DNA of 64,000 nucleotides, from contig CM120641.1 in NCBI GenBank assembly GCA_051362555.1, forward strand, positions 25,178,401 to 25,242,400. The letters are read 5' to 3'. Below the pieces are notes generated by a model that worked only from the letters and a program-made list of their open reading frames with translations, was not told the DNA's origin and made no database searches. Both the position numbers and the translations under genes were made by a program. Source of the stretch: Lingula anatina. Its lineage: Eukaryota; Animalia; Brachiopoda. Below, one piece after another: positions 1-13,600 of this stretch (the stretch's first letter is position 1; each line of letters begins with the position of its first letter).

Positions 1-625
1 ATCAACAATTGCTACCTTGGCAGAGGTCTGCACTCTCGGAGTGCTTTTCTAGTTTTGTTATGTTTTCCTTTATAATTTTTTCTCAAACACTTGCATTTGT
101 GACTTTTAACTCTCATCCGCCTGAGACTCTGACATTTCTGTATTTCCACATAAGCAGTTGTATTGTTTTTTATGTCTTTAAACATTATATTACTTATGTA
201 ATATTATTTTATGCACTGTCATCATTTTTCAAATATTGAGACTTACATCATGTGGATTTGAACTCTCATGGTCCTGAAACTGTAATCTTATTGAAAGGGT
301 AGATTGAGACCATCTTCTGGGACTTCCGGAAGACAGTCAGGTTATTAAGTTTATATTGCCTGGTATCTATTTTTTCTTCTGTTGGAAGACCATCAAAATG
401 GAGGATGGATCAAAATAGATACTTTGGAATACTGTCAGAGAATATCTCTGGGTCCGCTCATGTTATTGACCATTTTACCTGTTGTGCATGATTATAAAAT
501 TCAGTGTTGACTGATAGTGCTATTATAAGCATTATTTATTATTGCATCAAAATTAACAAAATGACCTTTTTTGCATCTTTATTTTCTGTTTTTTGTCTGT
601 ACATTTGACAGCTTTGCTGCCTTGT
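1..625 (+). mobile_element. 3' part of HINE-like family A element, with nested elements
   Basis: Near-identical to 32313-32913; ends TGTCTGTACATTTGACAGCTTTGCTGCCTTGT. Confidence 0.8.
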
Positions 626-2034
626 TTTTCACTTTTCAGCCTATATGCAACACTGTTAGCACAATATAAGAAAAACAGATAGGCCAATTGTCATTAAACT
701 CACAGGATTGGTCAATCCTGCTAAAACGCAGGTTGAGTTAAAAATCGGCATAATCGGGCCATTATTTTTGAAGTTATGCTGTTTTTCACATTTCCTCAGA
801 TTCAATTCTTAGGCATGTTAACAGTTTCATTATTTAATTAATAAGATGCGTAAAAGTGTTGGTTTGACATTTCCTGCATCTTTACAACATTGTTAGTTGA
901 TTTTGTAAAAATGATGGTAAACTTGTTATCATGTATTGTGTAATAAAGTTTCAAAAATGGAAATAAACTCATATCATTGCAGTTTGTCAGATTCAATCAT
1001 TCACAATGTTCAGAATCTCAGAATGGAAGAAATTGGACATTTAACACTGCTCTATTGATATTTTTCCCATCTCATCAATTTTCTTAGTTGATCGTATAAA
1101 AATGGCAGTAAACTGTTAATTTTGTTTTATGTAAAAAATTGTTAAAAATGGAAAAAAAACATTTCAGAACAGTGCTGTCTTGTTTACGTTTTGGCATTTT
1201 CAAGTTGTGACTTTGAAATTCCATGGGCCTGAAGACCTTTGCTAGTCACATTTTCTGAATATCCATTATACTAATATTTTATTATTAAAATTGATGGTCA
1301 TTATGCTGTTAAACATTATGTAATATTGCATCAAAATTTAAAAAAAACTATTTTGGGCACTGCTCCCATGAAGACCATTTAAGAAAAACCATTTACTGTT
1401 CTCAAACTTACAGGAAAGAAACATGGGACTAAAATACAGCTTCAGTAGGCAATGCAGTCTGTAGTTCTTTCTGCCAGTTAAACAGTTTTTTTGTGAAAAT
1501 TTAATTTTTTCACATATTGGCATTTTCAAGGTGTGACTTTGAAGTTCCACAGGCTTGAAGACCCATGCTAGTCACATTTTCTGAAAATCCATGATACGTA
1601 TATTTCATTATTAAAATTTGACTGTAATTATGCTGTTAACTATTATGTAATATTGCATCAGAATAGAAGAATACACAATTTTGGGTGCTGCTGCCATGAT
1701 GACCATTATGGGAAAACCATGTTAATTATGATTGCCAAACGTTCAAAAAAGAAATACAGGACTAAAATGCAGCCTGAATTGAAAAAGCAGTCTAATTGGC
1801 TTCTTTTTCTGGAAGTTATACATTTTCAAAGTGTGAACTTGAACTCCCATGGGCCTGAAGTCTTATGCTTGTTACACATTTTACTTACAAATTTGGTATT
1901 ACCTGTTGAGCATAATTAAAATTTGATGTTGAATTTGCAGTTTAACATAATGTACTTTTGCATCAGAATTGACAGTAGCCTATTTTGTTATTCCCTGCTT
2001 TTTGTCTGTACATTTGACAGCTTTGCTGCCTTGT
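626..2034 (+). mobile_element. HINE-like family A, 5'-truncated tandem copy
   Basis: Matches ~30090-31830; same 3' terminus at ~2003-2034. Confidence 0.8.
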
Positions 2035-2199
2035 ATGATTTAAATTTTATAGCATGCATTTTTGTCAATTGAGAAGAGTAAAAAAAACAATGTATTTTTT
2101 GTTAAAACAAAGGATTTTTGCCTATTCCCTGACATCAAATTGTAGTACTTACTGTTTTGATTATATAGGCATTCAAAGGGTATTGATTGCCATTTGGGT

Positions 2200-2230
<31 letters not shown>

Positions 2231-2421
2231 AATAAGAAAAAAAAAACAATTTAACACAAAATGCCGATGCTTCATTATCAGCTTGATTAGAACAATTAAA
2301 CTGATGTTAATCAGATAAGAATTTCATCCTATATTGGAGGTAAAATACTGGAAATATTGGAGGTAAAATCTCAATATTAGCTGTTGACTGAAGAAAAATT
2401 TATATCATTCTTCAAACTGAT

Positions 2422-2465
<44 letters not shown>

Positions 2466-2722
2466 ATATGACAGTATTATTTTATTACCTGACTCTGTTT
2501 GTATTTACATTTACCTAAGTGGATAAGGAAATGGACCCTTACATATTCATCTCCCTTAAAGTGGATAAAAATTCATAATTCAGTTTCATTTTATGGGTAC
2601 TGTTAGGGTTAGCCAAAAACACTTTATGTATACTGGCTTACATACTTTTTTGAATAACAGATAAATCTTAAGTTTCACTGACTAAATTCCTGAACATGTA
2701 TGTACACAAAATTAATGTCATC

Positions 2723-2934
2723 TAAGACTGTGTTCCCATAGATTTAGATCAATCTATCTGGATCAGTCTAACTCCCTAGGGGTTCACGCTGAATTGCTGT
2801 CAGCCGAGCAGTTAATTACCCCCTTACAGCTTTTAGTAGGCAGGACAGACATTTAAGCCGGCTAACCTGACTGCAATCTAGTGAGACTCCCCATGGGGAT
2901 AGATTGATCTAAAAATCTGTGGGAATGCAGTCTT
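2723..2934. mobile_element. Tourist/PIF-Harbinger-like MITE family C
   Basis: TIR TAAGACTG..TTCCCATAGATTT / AAATCTGTGGGAATGCAGTCTTA; TAA/TTA flanks. Confidence 0.75.
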
Positions 2935-3157
2935 ACTGGTAGCATCATAATTGCAATTTTGGGGTAAAAATTGAAAAATGAATTTCTCAAATTACTTAAC
3001 CTGAGCACCCTCGAATACCATCTCAATCCCAATTTAATGAAACCACTAAGTACTTAAAAAAAAACATGTCACTGGTTTTCTTAAAAGCCTTAGGTCAGCT
3101 TTTATTATTTAAAAAACAAAATAATGCCTTTGATTAATAAAAGTTTGTAATTAGGGG

Positions 3158-3212
3158 AACATAACATAACATAACATAACATAACATAACATAACATAAC
3201 ATAACATAACAT
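3158..3212 (+). repeat. (ACATA)n microsatellite
   Basis: About 11 perfect units. Confidence 0.95.
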
Positions 3213-3839
3213 ATTTAAACCAAAATACTACAAGAGATTGAAGCCCAAACACAGAAACAACTGGCAGTATCTGTTGTGTTAGCAAGGGGAGATATAAATG
3301 CCAAAATCTTATTTTTTGAGGAGATTGTTATTGTTATTGTTATTGCAAAATGTTCACAAAAAGCTCTTTTTATGCATTTTGATGATAATAAAACTTAAGG
3401 TTGCTGACAAGATATTTTAACCCTTTATAATCATCCAAATAAAACTGTGTTCATGGGTGCTCAGGTAAAGGAAATATTTGAGAAACTGATTTTTCCATTT
3501 TTACCTCAAAATCACAATTATGAAGTCACCAATACAATGGCATGTGTAAATGTTAATTAATTTAGTCACTGAACACTGAAGATATATCTGTTATCCAAAA
3601 GAATGTAAGGCAGCAAGTGAGGAGTTTTTGGCACAGGGTAACAATATCCTCAAACATATTTCATATTTTGAAGTGATAAAAAGTTGATACATAACATAAT
3701 TCGAATTTTCAACTTAAAGATACAGTTTATTTGCTGGTCTTTTTGAAATTAGAGCTTGAGCCTAGTTATCATGATGGCAGCTGCACCAGATAAATCATCT
3801 TGTGTTGCTTCCCTTACAATAACATCTTATTGTTTACAG

Positions 3840-4009
3840 GTAACCCCACTGCAGTAGCCATAAGCTGGAGCCAAGCTAACGTATCTTGGGAGCATGAGAC
3901 ATTTCCTGGGCAAGCTTGGGCATATGATGTGGAAGCGTATAGCTGTCTGGATGAATACCTTTATTATTATTATTGCAATTATCATGTGTTGTCCAGATAT
4001 AGTATACAG
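3840..4009 (+). CDS. Cadherin gene exon: first half of FN3 domain
   Basis: tttacag|GT...CAG|gtaaac; NPTAVAISWSQANVSWE...AYDVEAY fits FN3 A-C strands (W, Y). Confidence 0.7.
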
Positions 4010-7000
4010 GTAAACTTATTAAGCGTGCAATTATCAGGAAAACAGCTTTATTAGTACTACCAGTGTACACGTTTACTCCGTTTATTGGCACATGTGCATG
4101 CAGGGAGACTATCATCAGCTTTGTTGGCTCATCTTTTGCGTGGGTTCACCATATTTGATCCATGGATCAGTTGATCCTTGGATGTTCTGTTCTGAATGAG
4201 CCCTAAGTAAAATTTTCTTATGTAGAGCACTTTATTTATGGCCAGAAGTAGTAAAACGGACAAAGGCATAGAAACAATGCCATGTTCTTATAAATTTTTA
4301 TGTACAGACACAGATGTGTCTGTACATATTGCCATCACCTGCGTCTGTCGTCGCCAATGCTGATGCCGATGCCGATGCCGTGCACTTTCCTTGTAATCTT
4401 GATAAGTGGAGGGCAGTTTTACTTTTTGGCTTTATATTTACAGAGCTGATGAATATTCATAAAACGCAGGTCAAGTTCAAAAATCAGCATGATCGGGCCA
4501 TTATTGTAGAAGTTATGCTGTTTTTTCACTTTTCAGCATATTTTTCACATTTCTTCAGATTCAATTCTTAGGCATGTTAACAGTCTCATTATTAAATAAT
4601 AAGATACGTAAAAGTTTTTGTTTGACATTTCCTGCATCTTTTCAACATTGTTAGTTGATTTTGTAAAAATGATGGTAAACTTGTTATCATGTATTGTGTA
4701 ATAAAGTTTCAAAAATGGAAATAAACTCATATCATTGCAGTTTGTCAGATTCAATCATTCACTATGTTCAGAATCTCAGAATGGAAGAAATTGGACATTT
4801 AACACTGCTCTATTGATATTTTTCCCATCTCATCAATTTTCTTAGTTGGTCATATAAAAACGGCGGTAAACTGTTAATTTTGTGTTATGTTAAAAAGTGT
4901 TAAAAATGGAAAAAAAACATTTCAGAACAGTGCTGTCTTGTTTACATTTTGGCAATTTCAAGTTGTGACTTTGAAGTTCCATGGGCCTGACGACCTTTGC
5001 TAGTCACATTTTCTGAATATCCATAATACTAATATTTTATTATTAAAATTGATGGTCATTATGCTGTTAAACATTATGTAATATTGCATCAAAATTTGAA
5101 AAAAAATGTATTTTGGGCACTGCTGCCATGAGGACCATTATAGGAAAACCATGTTACTTATGATTGCCTAACTTTCAAAAAAGAAATACAGGACTAAAAT
5201 GCAGCCTGAGTTGGAAAAGCAGTCTAATTGGCTTCTTTTTCTGGAAGTTATACATTTTCAAAGTGTGAACTTATTACACATTTTACTTACATTGGTATTA
5301 CCTGTTGAGCATAATTAAAATTTGATGTTGAATTTGCAGTTTAACATAATGTACTTTTGCATCAGAATTGACAGTAGCCTATTTTGTGCATAGTTATTTC
5401 CTGTTTTTTGTCTGTACATTTGACAGCTTTGCTGCCTTGTTAAATCATGTAATCAACCCTCGCTTGAATTTCTCTCATTTAGCCATTCCCATCACAATTT
5501 TTTCACGTGTCTCTCAAGCTTATTAATATTCATAACTTGGAGAAGAAAACTTTTTTTGTCAACATGAGTTTTAATCAATAGTTTCTATGGGACCATTCCC
5601 ACAGATATTTGAATCAATCTATCTCCCTGGGGAGTCTCACTAAATAGCTGTCAATTTGACCAGCTTAAATGTCTGTTACGCCTAGTAAAAATGTTAGGGG
5701 GTAATTGTTACATGGTTTTAGTCCCATCCAGATCGTTCTTCCGGTTCCGCCGCTATGTTACCGTTACCGCTTCTCCTCCTAGACGGTAAGGGCCTCTGTA
5801 CCCATCTCTTGGATTTAGGTCACCTATAATCTCAACTCGTTCCACTTAAAATTTGGGCTTTGTGGGTATTGGGGTCTAGGTGTGGCACTCATTGCAATGC
5901 ACCCTTGTCCAAAAATGGCAAAATAAAATGCCAAATATCTACCCTACGGAAGGAATTATGGGAAAAATGTCTATAGACGGCTTTCCAAAAGTCATATGTG
6001 TAGATTTCAAATATGCCCTTGGATTTCACCTTTGACCTTTATTTCAAGGTCAAACGGGCCAAAATTTTCAAAAAAATGAATTTTTTTACGAAAAAAAATA
6101 TATTTGCGCTGATATTCAGACACTACACAGACTTAACCAATAATATTATTGGAAAGTGTTACCCTACAGGTCATCTTTCATCTCCGTGAATTTGGGGTCA
6201 ATCGGTTCATTTTCACGGGAGTAGCCGCCATAAGATACTGAAACTGAAAACTGTCTCTAATTCGGGAACCGTTAATGCTAGAGACCCATTCTTTTTTGCA
6301 TTTTGTAGAGCACGTAAAGCCCAACACTGGAGGTTTTTTATGTATTCCATACGGTTTTCGAGTTACGCTGTATCAAAAAGTACATATTGGTGATGAAAGC
6401 AAAATGTGCAGTATGGTAATGGATAATAAATTTTGAACCCCGGGAAAATAAAACATAAGGCTTGGCGAGGCAGACAACTTGTGGTCAAAAATGACATTAT
6501 TTCATCAAATTTGAACATCTGGAACTTCTGAGCACCTCCCATTTCAAGAATTTTGACCAAAATGACCTTTTCTTTATTTTAATTAATTTTTTCTGTAGGA
6601 AATTTATGGCACATTATTTAACTCCAAAATTATAACATTTAGTCCCTTATATCTCCAAAACTGGCAGAGATAGGTCCATAGTTACTATTGAAGTTGAATA
6701 GGAAGTCATATACTGGCAATCTAAATGTGACCTTGAAAGTGACCTTTGACCTACTTTTTATCATGAATTGAACTTTGCAAATTTTGGTACCCTTTTTTCT
6801 CCAAAACTGGCAGAGATAGGTCCATAGTTACTATTGAAGTGGAATAGGAAGTCATATACTGGTAATCTTACTCTGACCTTGAAATTGACCCTTGACCTAC
6901 TTTACACCCTGAACTGAACTTTGCTAATTTCTTTCCCTTTTAACTCCAAACCTGGCAGAGATAGGTCCATAGTTACTATTAAAGTTGAATAGGAAGTCAT

Positions 7001-7994
7001 ATACTTGTAATCTTACTCTGATTTTGAAATTGACCTTTGACTTACTTTACACCATAAACTGAACTTTGCAAATTTTTAATGCTTTTATTTTCAAGACTGG
7101 CAGAGATATGCCCATAGTTACTATTGAATTTGAATAGAAAGTCATTAGAGGCAATTTACTATGACCTTAAAATTGACCTTTGACCTACTTTTAACTATGA
7201 ACTGAACTTTGCAAATTTTGTTCCCTTTTATCTCCAAAACTAGCAGAGATAGGTCCATACTTACTATTGAACTAGAATAGGAAGTCATATACTGGCAATC
7301 TAAATGAGACCTTGAAATTGACCTTTGACCTACTTTTTATCATGAATTGAACTTCGCAAATTTTGGTTCCCTTTTATCTCCAAGACTGGCAATGATACGT
7401 CCATAGTTATTATAGAATTTGAATATGAAGAGATATGCCCATAGTTACTATTGAATTTGAATAGAAAGTCATTAGAGGCAATTTACTATGACCTTTAAAT
7501 TGACCTTTGACCTACTTTTTACCATGAACTTAACTTTGCAAATTTTAGTTCCCTTTTATCTCCAAAACTGGCAAAAATATGCTTTTTTATAAAACTTTTT
7601 AATGCTTATATTTTCAAAACTAGCAGAGATACGCCCATAGTTACTATTGAATTTGAATAGAAAGTCATATACTGGCAATCTAAATGTGACCTTGAAATTG
7701 ACCTTTGACCTACTTTTTATCATGAATTGAACTTTACAAATTTTCGTTCCCTTTTATCTCCAAAACTGGCAGAGATAGGTCCATAGTTACTATTGAACTG
7801 GAAGATGAAGTCATTAGAGGCAATTTACTGTGACCTTAAAATTGACCTTTGACCTACTTTTCAACTGGCAGAGATAGGTCCACAGTTACTATTGAACTTG
7901 AATAGGAAGTCATATACTGGAAATTTACTGTGACCTTGAAATTGACCTTTGACCTACCTTACTATGAACTGAACTTCGATTGTACCATTTTTAG

Positions 7995-8073
<79 letters not shown>

Positions 8074-10594
8074 TTTTTGCATATTTTGAGAATTATTGTT
8101 GATACCATTTTTTACAGCTTGTCAAGCACAAGACTGGTGGTGGTGTCCCTTTTTTGTGTGTGTAGGGGTGTATACAATCGCGCTTACTCCAGCTGGTGGT
8201 ACAATATTCGATACGGTATCGCCTCTCTGATCCTCTAGTTCTTCTTATTAGGATTCCCCATAGGGGAATACTATTGTTTTTGGTATTCTTCTTCTTCTTC
8301 TTATTATTATTATTATTTTTTGTCAAAAAATTTCTTTCTAAAATTCTGAACAAATTCATACTGATAGCCTATGAAAAGTTATTCTGGTCCACCCAATTTT
8401 TTGACCTTGACCTAATTTTCAAGGTCACAGAGCCTTTTAAAGTGAAATTTTTGCAAATTTCAAAATGCAATATCTCCTAGAATTTTCAACATTTTGACAA
8501 ATCCTTTCACAGGTGAGGTCACACAATAATTCAATATCGAGTGACCTAATTTTAGGAAAGTAGGTCAGGTCAAGGTTAACCTATTGCAAAATATGCTCCA
8601 GGAGGTTGACACTCGGCAGGGGTGAACCAGATGTCACAGAGCCACAAGGATGATGTAAAAAGTTGCCCTAGATATCTATCCAGTGCAGTATCTAATAATA
8701 TTGACAATTGACTGATTAGTTTTTTTAATATAGATTTTTAAATATTAATAATTTCACAGAAATAGTGACTTTGTCAATTTCTCCATGAAATATTGATTTT
8801 TTGTGATAACATGCTATAGTAAACTACCCCAAACATATACCCAACACCCCCAAATCAAATGTCAAATTTGACCTTGACCCTCATTTTCAAGGTCATTCTG
8901 CTATTTCATGGAGAAATATTGAAGTGGGCTAAAAGTGATGTTTTGTTGACCCCCCACCCCCAATTCGCACATGCCCTTTCAGAATATGGGGTCAAATTTA
9001 ACCCATGATCTTCACATGACCTTGTAAGAGCATTTCCACACCTATTTTGCAGGGGAATCCTCCACCACTGGCTTCAGCCAGTTGCAGTCTAGTTCTTATT
9101 ATTATTTTTTTGTCAAAAAATTTCTTTCTAAAATTCTGAAAAAATTTATACTGATAGCCTATGAAAAGTTATTCCGGTCCACCCAATTTCATTGACCTTG
9201 ACCTATTTTTCAAGGTCACAGAGCCTTTTAAAGTGAAAATTTTGCAAATTTCAAAATGCAATATCTCCTAGAATTTTCAACATTTTGACAAATCCTTTCA
9301 CAGGTGAGGTCACACAATGATTCTAGGTTATGTGACTTAATTTTAGGAATGTAGGTCAGGTCAAGGTCAACCTATTGCAAAATATGCTCCAGGTGGTTGA
9401 CACTCGGCAGGGGGTAAACTAGATGTCACAGAGCCACAAAGATGATGTAAAAAGTTGCCCTAGATATCTATCCAGTGCAGTCGCTAATAATATTGACAAT
9501 TGACTGATTAGATTTTTTAATATAGATTTTTAAATATTAATAATTTCACAGAAATAGTGACTTTGTCAATTTCTCCATGAAATCCTGATTTTTTGTGATA
9601 ACATGCTATAGTAAACTACCCCAAACATATACCCAACACCCCAAATCAAATGTCAAATTTGACCTTGACCCTCATTTTCAAGGTCATTCTGCTATTTCAT
9701 GGAGAAATATTGAAGTGGGCTAAAAGTGATGTTTTGTTGAAACCCCCCCCTCCCCCAATTCGCACATGCTCTTTCAGAATACGGGGTCAAATTTAACCCA
9801 TGGCCTTCACATGACCTTGTAAGAGCATTTCCACACCTATTTTGCAGGGGAATCCTCCGCCACTGGCTTTAGCCAGTTGCAGTCTAGTTTTATTTGGTTC
9901 TTTTAAAGTGCAATTTTTTATTTTGTTAGTTTTATAGTGTTTTTAATATTTACTAGGAGAAGTGGGTTATCATAGATGGATTGCTTCCCAGAAGATGCTA
10001 TTATTTTTCCCTGTATAGTTACTTGCCTAATGAAGGGTTTGGCCCTGGGTACAGTAACAGTATCAAAATGCCTATGCATAGTAAGTATTATATGTTTTGT
10101 TTTTTTTTTTCAGATATGGCATGGCACCAAATAAATGAAAGTTTATGTTACAGTTGAAATATAATGAATTAAACTATATGATTATTCCAAAATGTTTCAT
10201 AATTCTGCAGCCAATTACAAATTGGCATTGACAGTGATAAGAAAATAAAAAAGAGTCAATGTTAGACTTTTGACTAAACTGAATTTTGCTGAAATATTGT
10301 ATCACCTTACATTTTGTCTAATATCAAACCATGATAGTAATTTAAAAATAACATCACACACGAATCTTTAAGGACTGTATTGATAGAATCAATCGATGTC
10401 AAATTGGCAATGAATTTTATTTACAGTACCAGAATCTCCTTTCAAGTTTGTCCCAGAGAAGCTTGATCTCAGTGTTCCTGAAAATACAAGCCTGGGTACA
10501 GGTGAGAAGCTATGATTAATACCTTTACTTGTGACCCTTAAATTTACTTGTAGGCTTCAAGTGCAAGTCAAATTCAAAACTTTGCATTGGTTCT

Positions 10595-10646
<52 letters not shown>

Positions 10647-13600
10647 TTCTATAGTGTCAGGTCTTACTGTATTAGACCCCATTTCCATAGATTTTTAGAT
10701 CGATCTATCCCTGTGGGGAGTCTCATTTGATTACTGTCAGCTTTACCGGCTTAAGTGTCTGTCCTGCCTACTGAAAGCTGTAAGGGGGTAATTAACTATG
10801 GTGCACGCTCGGCTGACTGCAATTTAGCGTGAACCCCCAGGGAGTTAGGTCGATCTAAATCTTAATCTCTGGATCGATCTAAACCTCTGGGAATACACCC
10901 TTACTGTCAAATGCAAATGCATAAAATATTTTAACTGTCTATATTTTGAAGAAAAGGAGACAACCTAACAGATCTTGCCAATGATATGTTTTTTGACAAA
11001 CACAGTCATATCTCTCTATATATTTCCATCACTTAAGTCTGTAAGCATAATGAATGCTTGTCAAGTTCAAAACAGCTTGAACTAATTTTTCCATAATTTT
11101 TTTTTATTTCTTTAAATATATTTCACCTTGTGGACATTTAAGTCTTTGTTAAAACTAGTAGATATTACTTTGGGGTTTTTGGTTTTCATTAAATACTGAG
11201 TGTATTTGGATTTTGAAAAAACAAAAGCAAATTTCTTTTTCAAATTCAACATGATTGCAATTAATTTTACAATAGTTATTGAATATTTTTTGTATCCTGT
11301 AACAATGAAAATATGCCAGATTATCTTTTTCTTTTAGTTGTATTTGCTGTGGAGATTTGCATGCTAATAAGGCAGGCCTTTAAAAATTCAGCATGATTAG
11401 CATATTTTTATGAAACATTGGATTTATTTGTAAATATCCCTATAATTAAGTGCAAAACTGATTTTTTGTTTTCCTTCATATTAATATTTTTACTTCATTA
11501 TTTTAGTAGAAGTACAGGCTCTTTTCAAAAATCTGCATGATTGGTTTATCTTACAAAAATAATTGATTTTTTTTCAAGGTAAAAGGGTTGTTTTTTTATT
11601 TGTATTTTGGCAAAGTTACCCCAAAATTGTTCAATGGTATTTTTTCTTTACTACAGATTTTCTGAGTGTTTGAGTGATTTTTGCTATGAAAATGCAAGTT
11701 CTTTTTCAGCCTTTGGAAGGTCAGCATGATCAAATTATTTTCCCTTTTTTCTTTTCTGTAAATGTTGAATTTTGTTTTTGTTGTTTGGTGTCAGTATATC
11801 TGTCAGCTTGGTTGTCTATTAAAGTCTCTTTTCCTTCAATCACCTAGGTGCCATATACAGAGGATACTGAAATAAATAATTCATACCTTTGTTCACCTTT
11901 AGCTGGCCTATTAGATTTTAACTTCATGTGAACACATTGGATCAATTGTGTCATCTTGTTAAATGAGAACAAATTAAGAGTGTTTCTTCTAATAGATCCT
12001 TTCTGTTTATTTTTAGAGCTATATAATCCTATACTCACTGGTGGATATACGGATGAAACACATGACTTTGAATTCACCTTATTAATGGATGGCAATGGGA
12101 CTTTTAATCTCACAGAAAACCAGGCCATTACATTAATCAGACCTCTTGATTATGAAGTCCAGAGAACACACATGATATTGATTCAAGCTCATATGATCAA
12201 CAGCAGTGTAAATGACAGCTTTAATGAGGTTTATTACAGTGATTGTTCCTCTTTTTATGCAACAATGGAGATAACAGTGATTGTAGAAGATGTTGATGAG
12301 TACCCTGTGATGTTTCAATATTACAGCAAATCTACAACATATGGCAAAAACCTTACCACAGGGTTGTCTGATGTGAACATTCCAATACACTGGATTGTAG
12401 TATCCTCTGATACAGAGGTTGGAACTTCCATATTTAGATTCACTGTAATGGATGCAGATGGTAGCCCCCCTGCTGTGACAGGATTTCACTTGTCTGGAAA
12501 CAACTCTGCACAGAGTTTCCTAGGAGTGACATCAGAAGGGGAATTGTACACAACTGATACTATTCCTGTTAGTACTTCTGTCTGTTCCTTTGGATGTGCC
12601 GTGCAGATATATGAGCTCGTAGTGACAGCCTTGCAAGGCTCCCAGGAATTTGAATGCAAGGTTTTGCTGGTCATTAGAAATACAAGAATAAGAATTGATG
12701 TTGAGGAACACCCTTATACTTATAATGGACCTGGAATACAAATTATTGATTATGTGGCCTCAAATGGTTCCTCCATAACTGATGGTTCACTCTCTGTACA
12801 TGTTAATGCCAGTTATCAATTTCTCAGTGAATTGAGAATGTCTGCAGATAAGATTTTTTTATATAGGTTGGATTATGAGTCCATGCAAGAAGAGCATCTA
12901 CTGCTGAATTGCACATATGGGCTTGCCTCTTTTATAACAGTCCCTATTGTCGTACAGGTGGTTGACGTTAATGAGGACAGCCCTGCGTTTGATCAGGATA
13001 AGTATACTGGAGTGGTTAGGAACACAACTCCAGCAAATACTACTATTGCTACAGTTAGTGCATCTGACAGCGATTTAAGTGACAATGCCAATCTTGTTTA
13101 TACCATCATAGAAGGAGACCAGTATTTCTGGGTGACCAACTGTGGAGAGCTTCAGACAAAAATGGACATGACTTTAATGCAAAAGGCACTTCAAGTTATC
13201 GAAGGCAAAGTGAATGTTTCTGATGGTCTCCATTCTAATGAAGCCATGGTCCATGTCCTTGTGTATGCTTCAGATCTAGAATACCACATACCAGAGAACC
13301 AAACAGTGGGCAATATTGTGGTTCCTAACTTGTGTGGAAATATATCAGCTTATGGTTATGCCAGCTGCAGTGTCATTGACCCAACAGAGACATTTGCAGT
13401 GCATGGAGATGACCTTATACTTGTTTCAAGTTTGGATTATGAAGCTAGCACCATTTTAACATTATTACTGAATGTTGTCTTTGATACCATTGAAATGAAC
13501 ATCACTGTCACAGTCCATGTACTTGATGTCAATAATAAGTGGCCAGTTTTTCTTCAGCAGCAGTACAGTGTTACTGTTATGGGGGAGATAAACCCACATA

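Larger units (their letters stand above)
2595..3652. mobile_element. Foldback / long-TIR MITE with degenerate ~200-bp arms
   Basis: 2595-3020 (minus the MITE at 2723-2934) is the reverse complement of ~3445-3652, e.g. ACCTGAGCACCC / GGGTGCTCAGGT and ATAACAGATA / TATCTGTTAT. Confidence 0.7.
5713..8240 (+). mobile_element. Helitron/Helentron-like element B with internal satellite array
   Basis: 5' (GTTACC)-type microsatellite, central tandem array, 3' hairpin CGATAC-g-GTATCG then CTAGTT; a similar 3' end at ~34975-35022. Confidence 0.6.

Noticed and set aside
6640-7980. CRISPR-like array
   Set aside because: The whole unit repeats, there are no unique spacers or cas genes, and the context is eukaryotic.
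7930-8480. Hydrophobic short ORFs (YIYI, FFFF, LLLL)
   Set aside because: Translations of microsatellites; same for ORFs at 22196-22627, 24421-24695 and 48112-48678.
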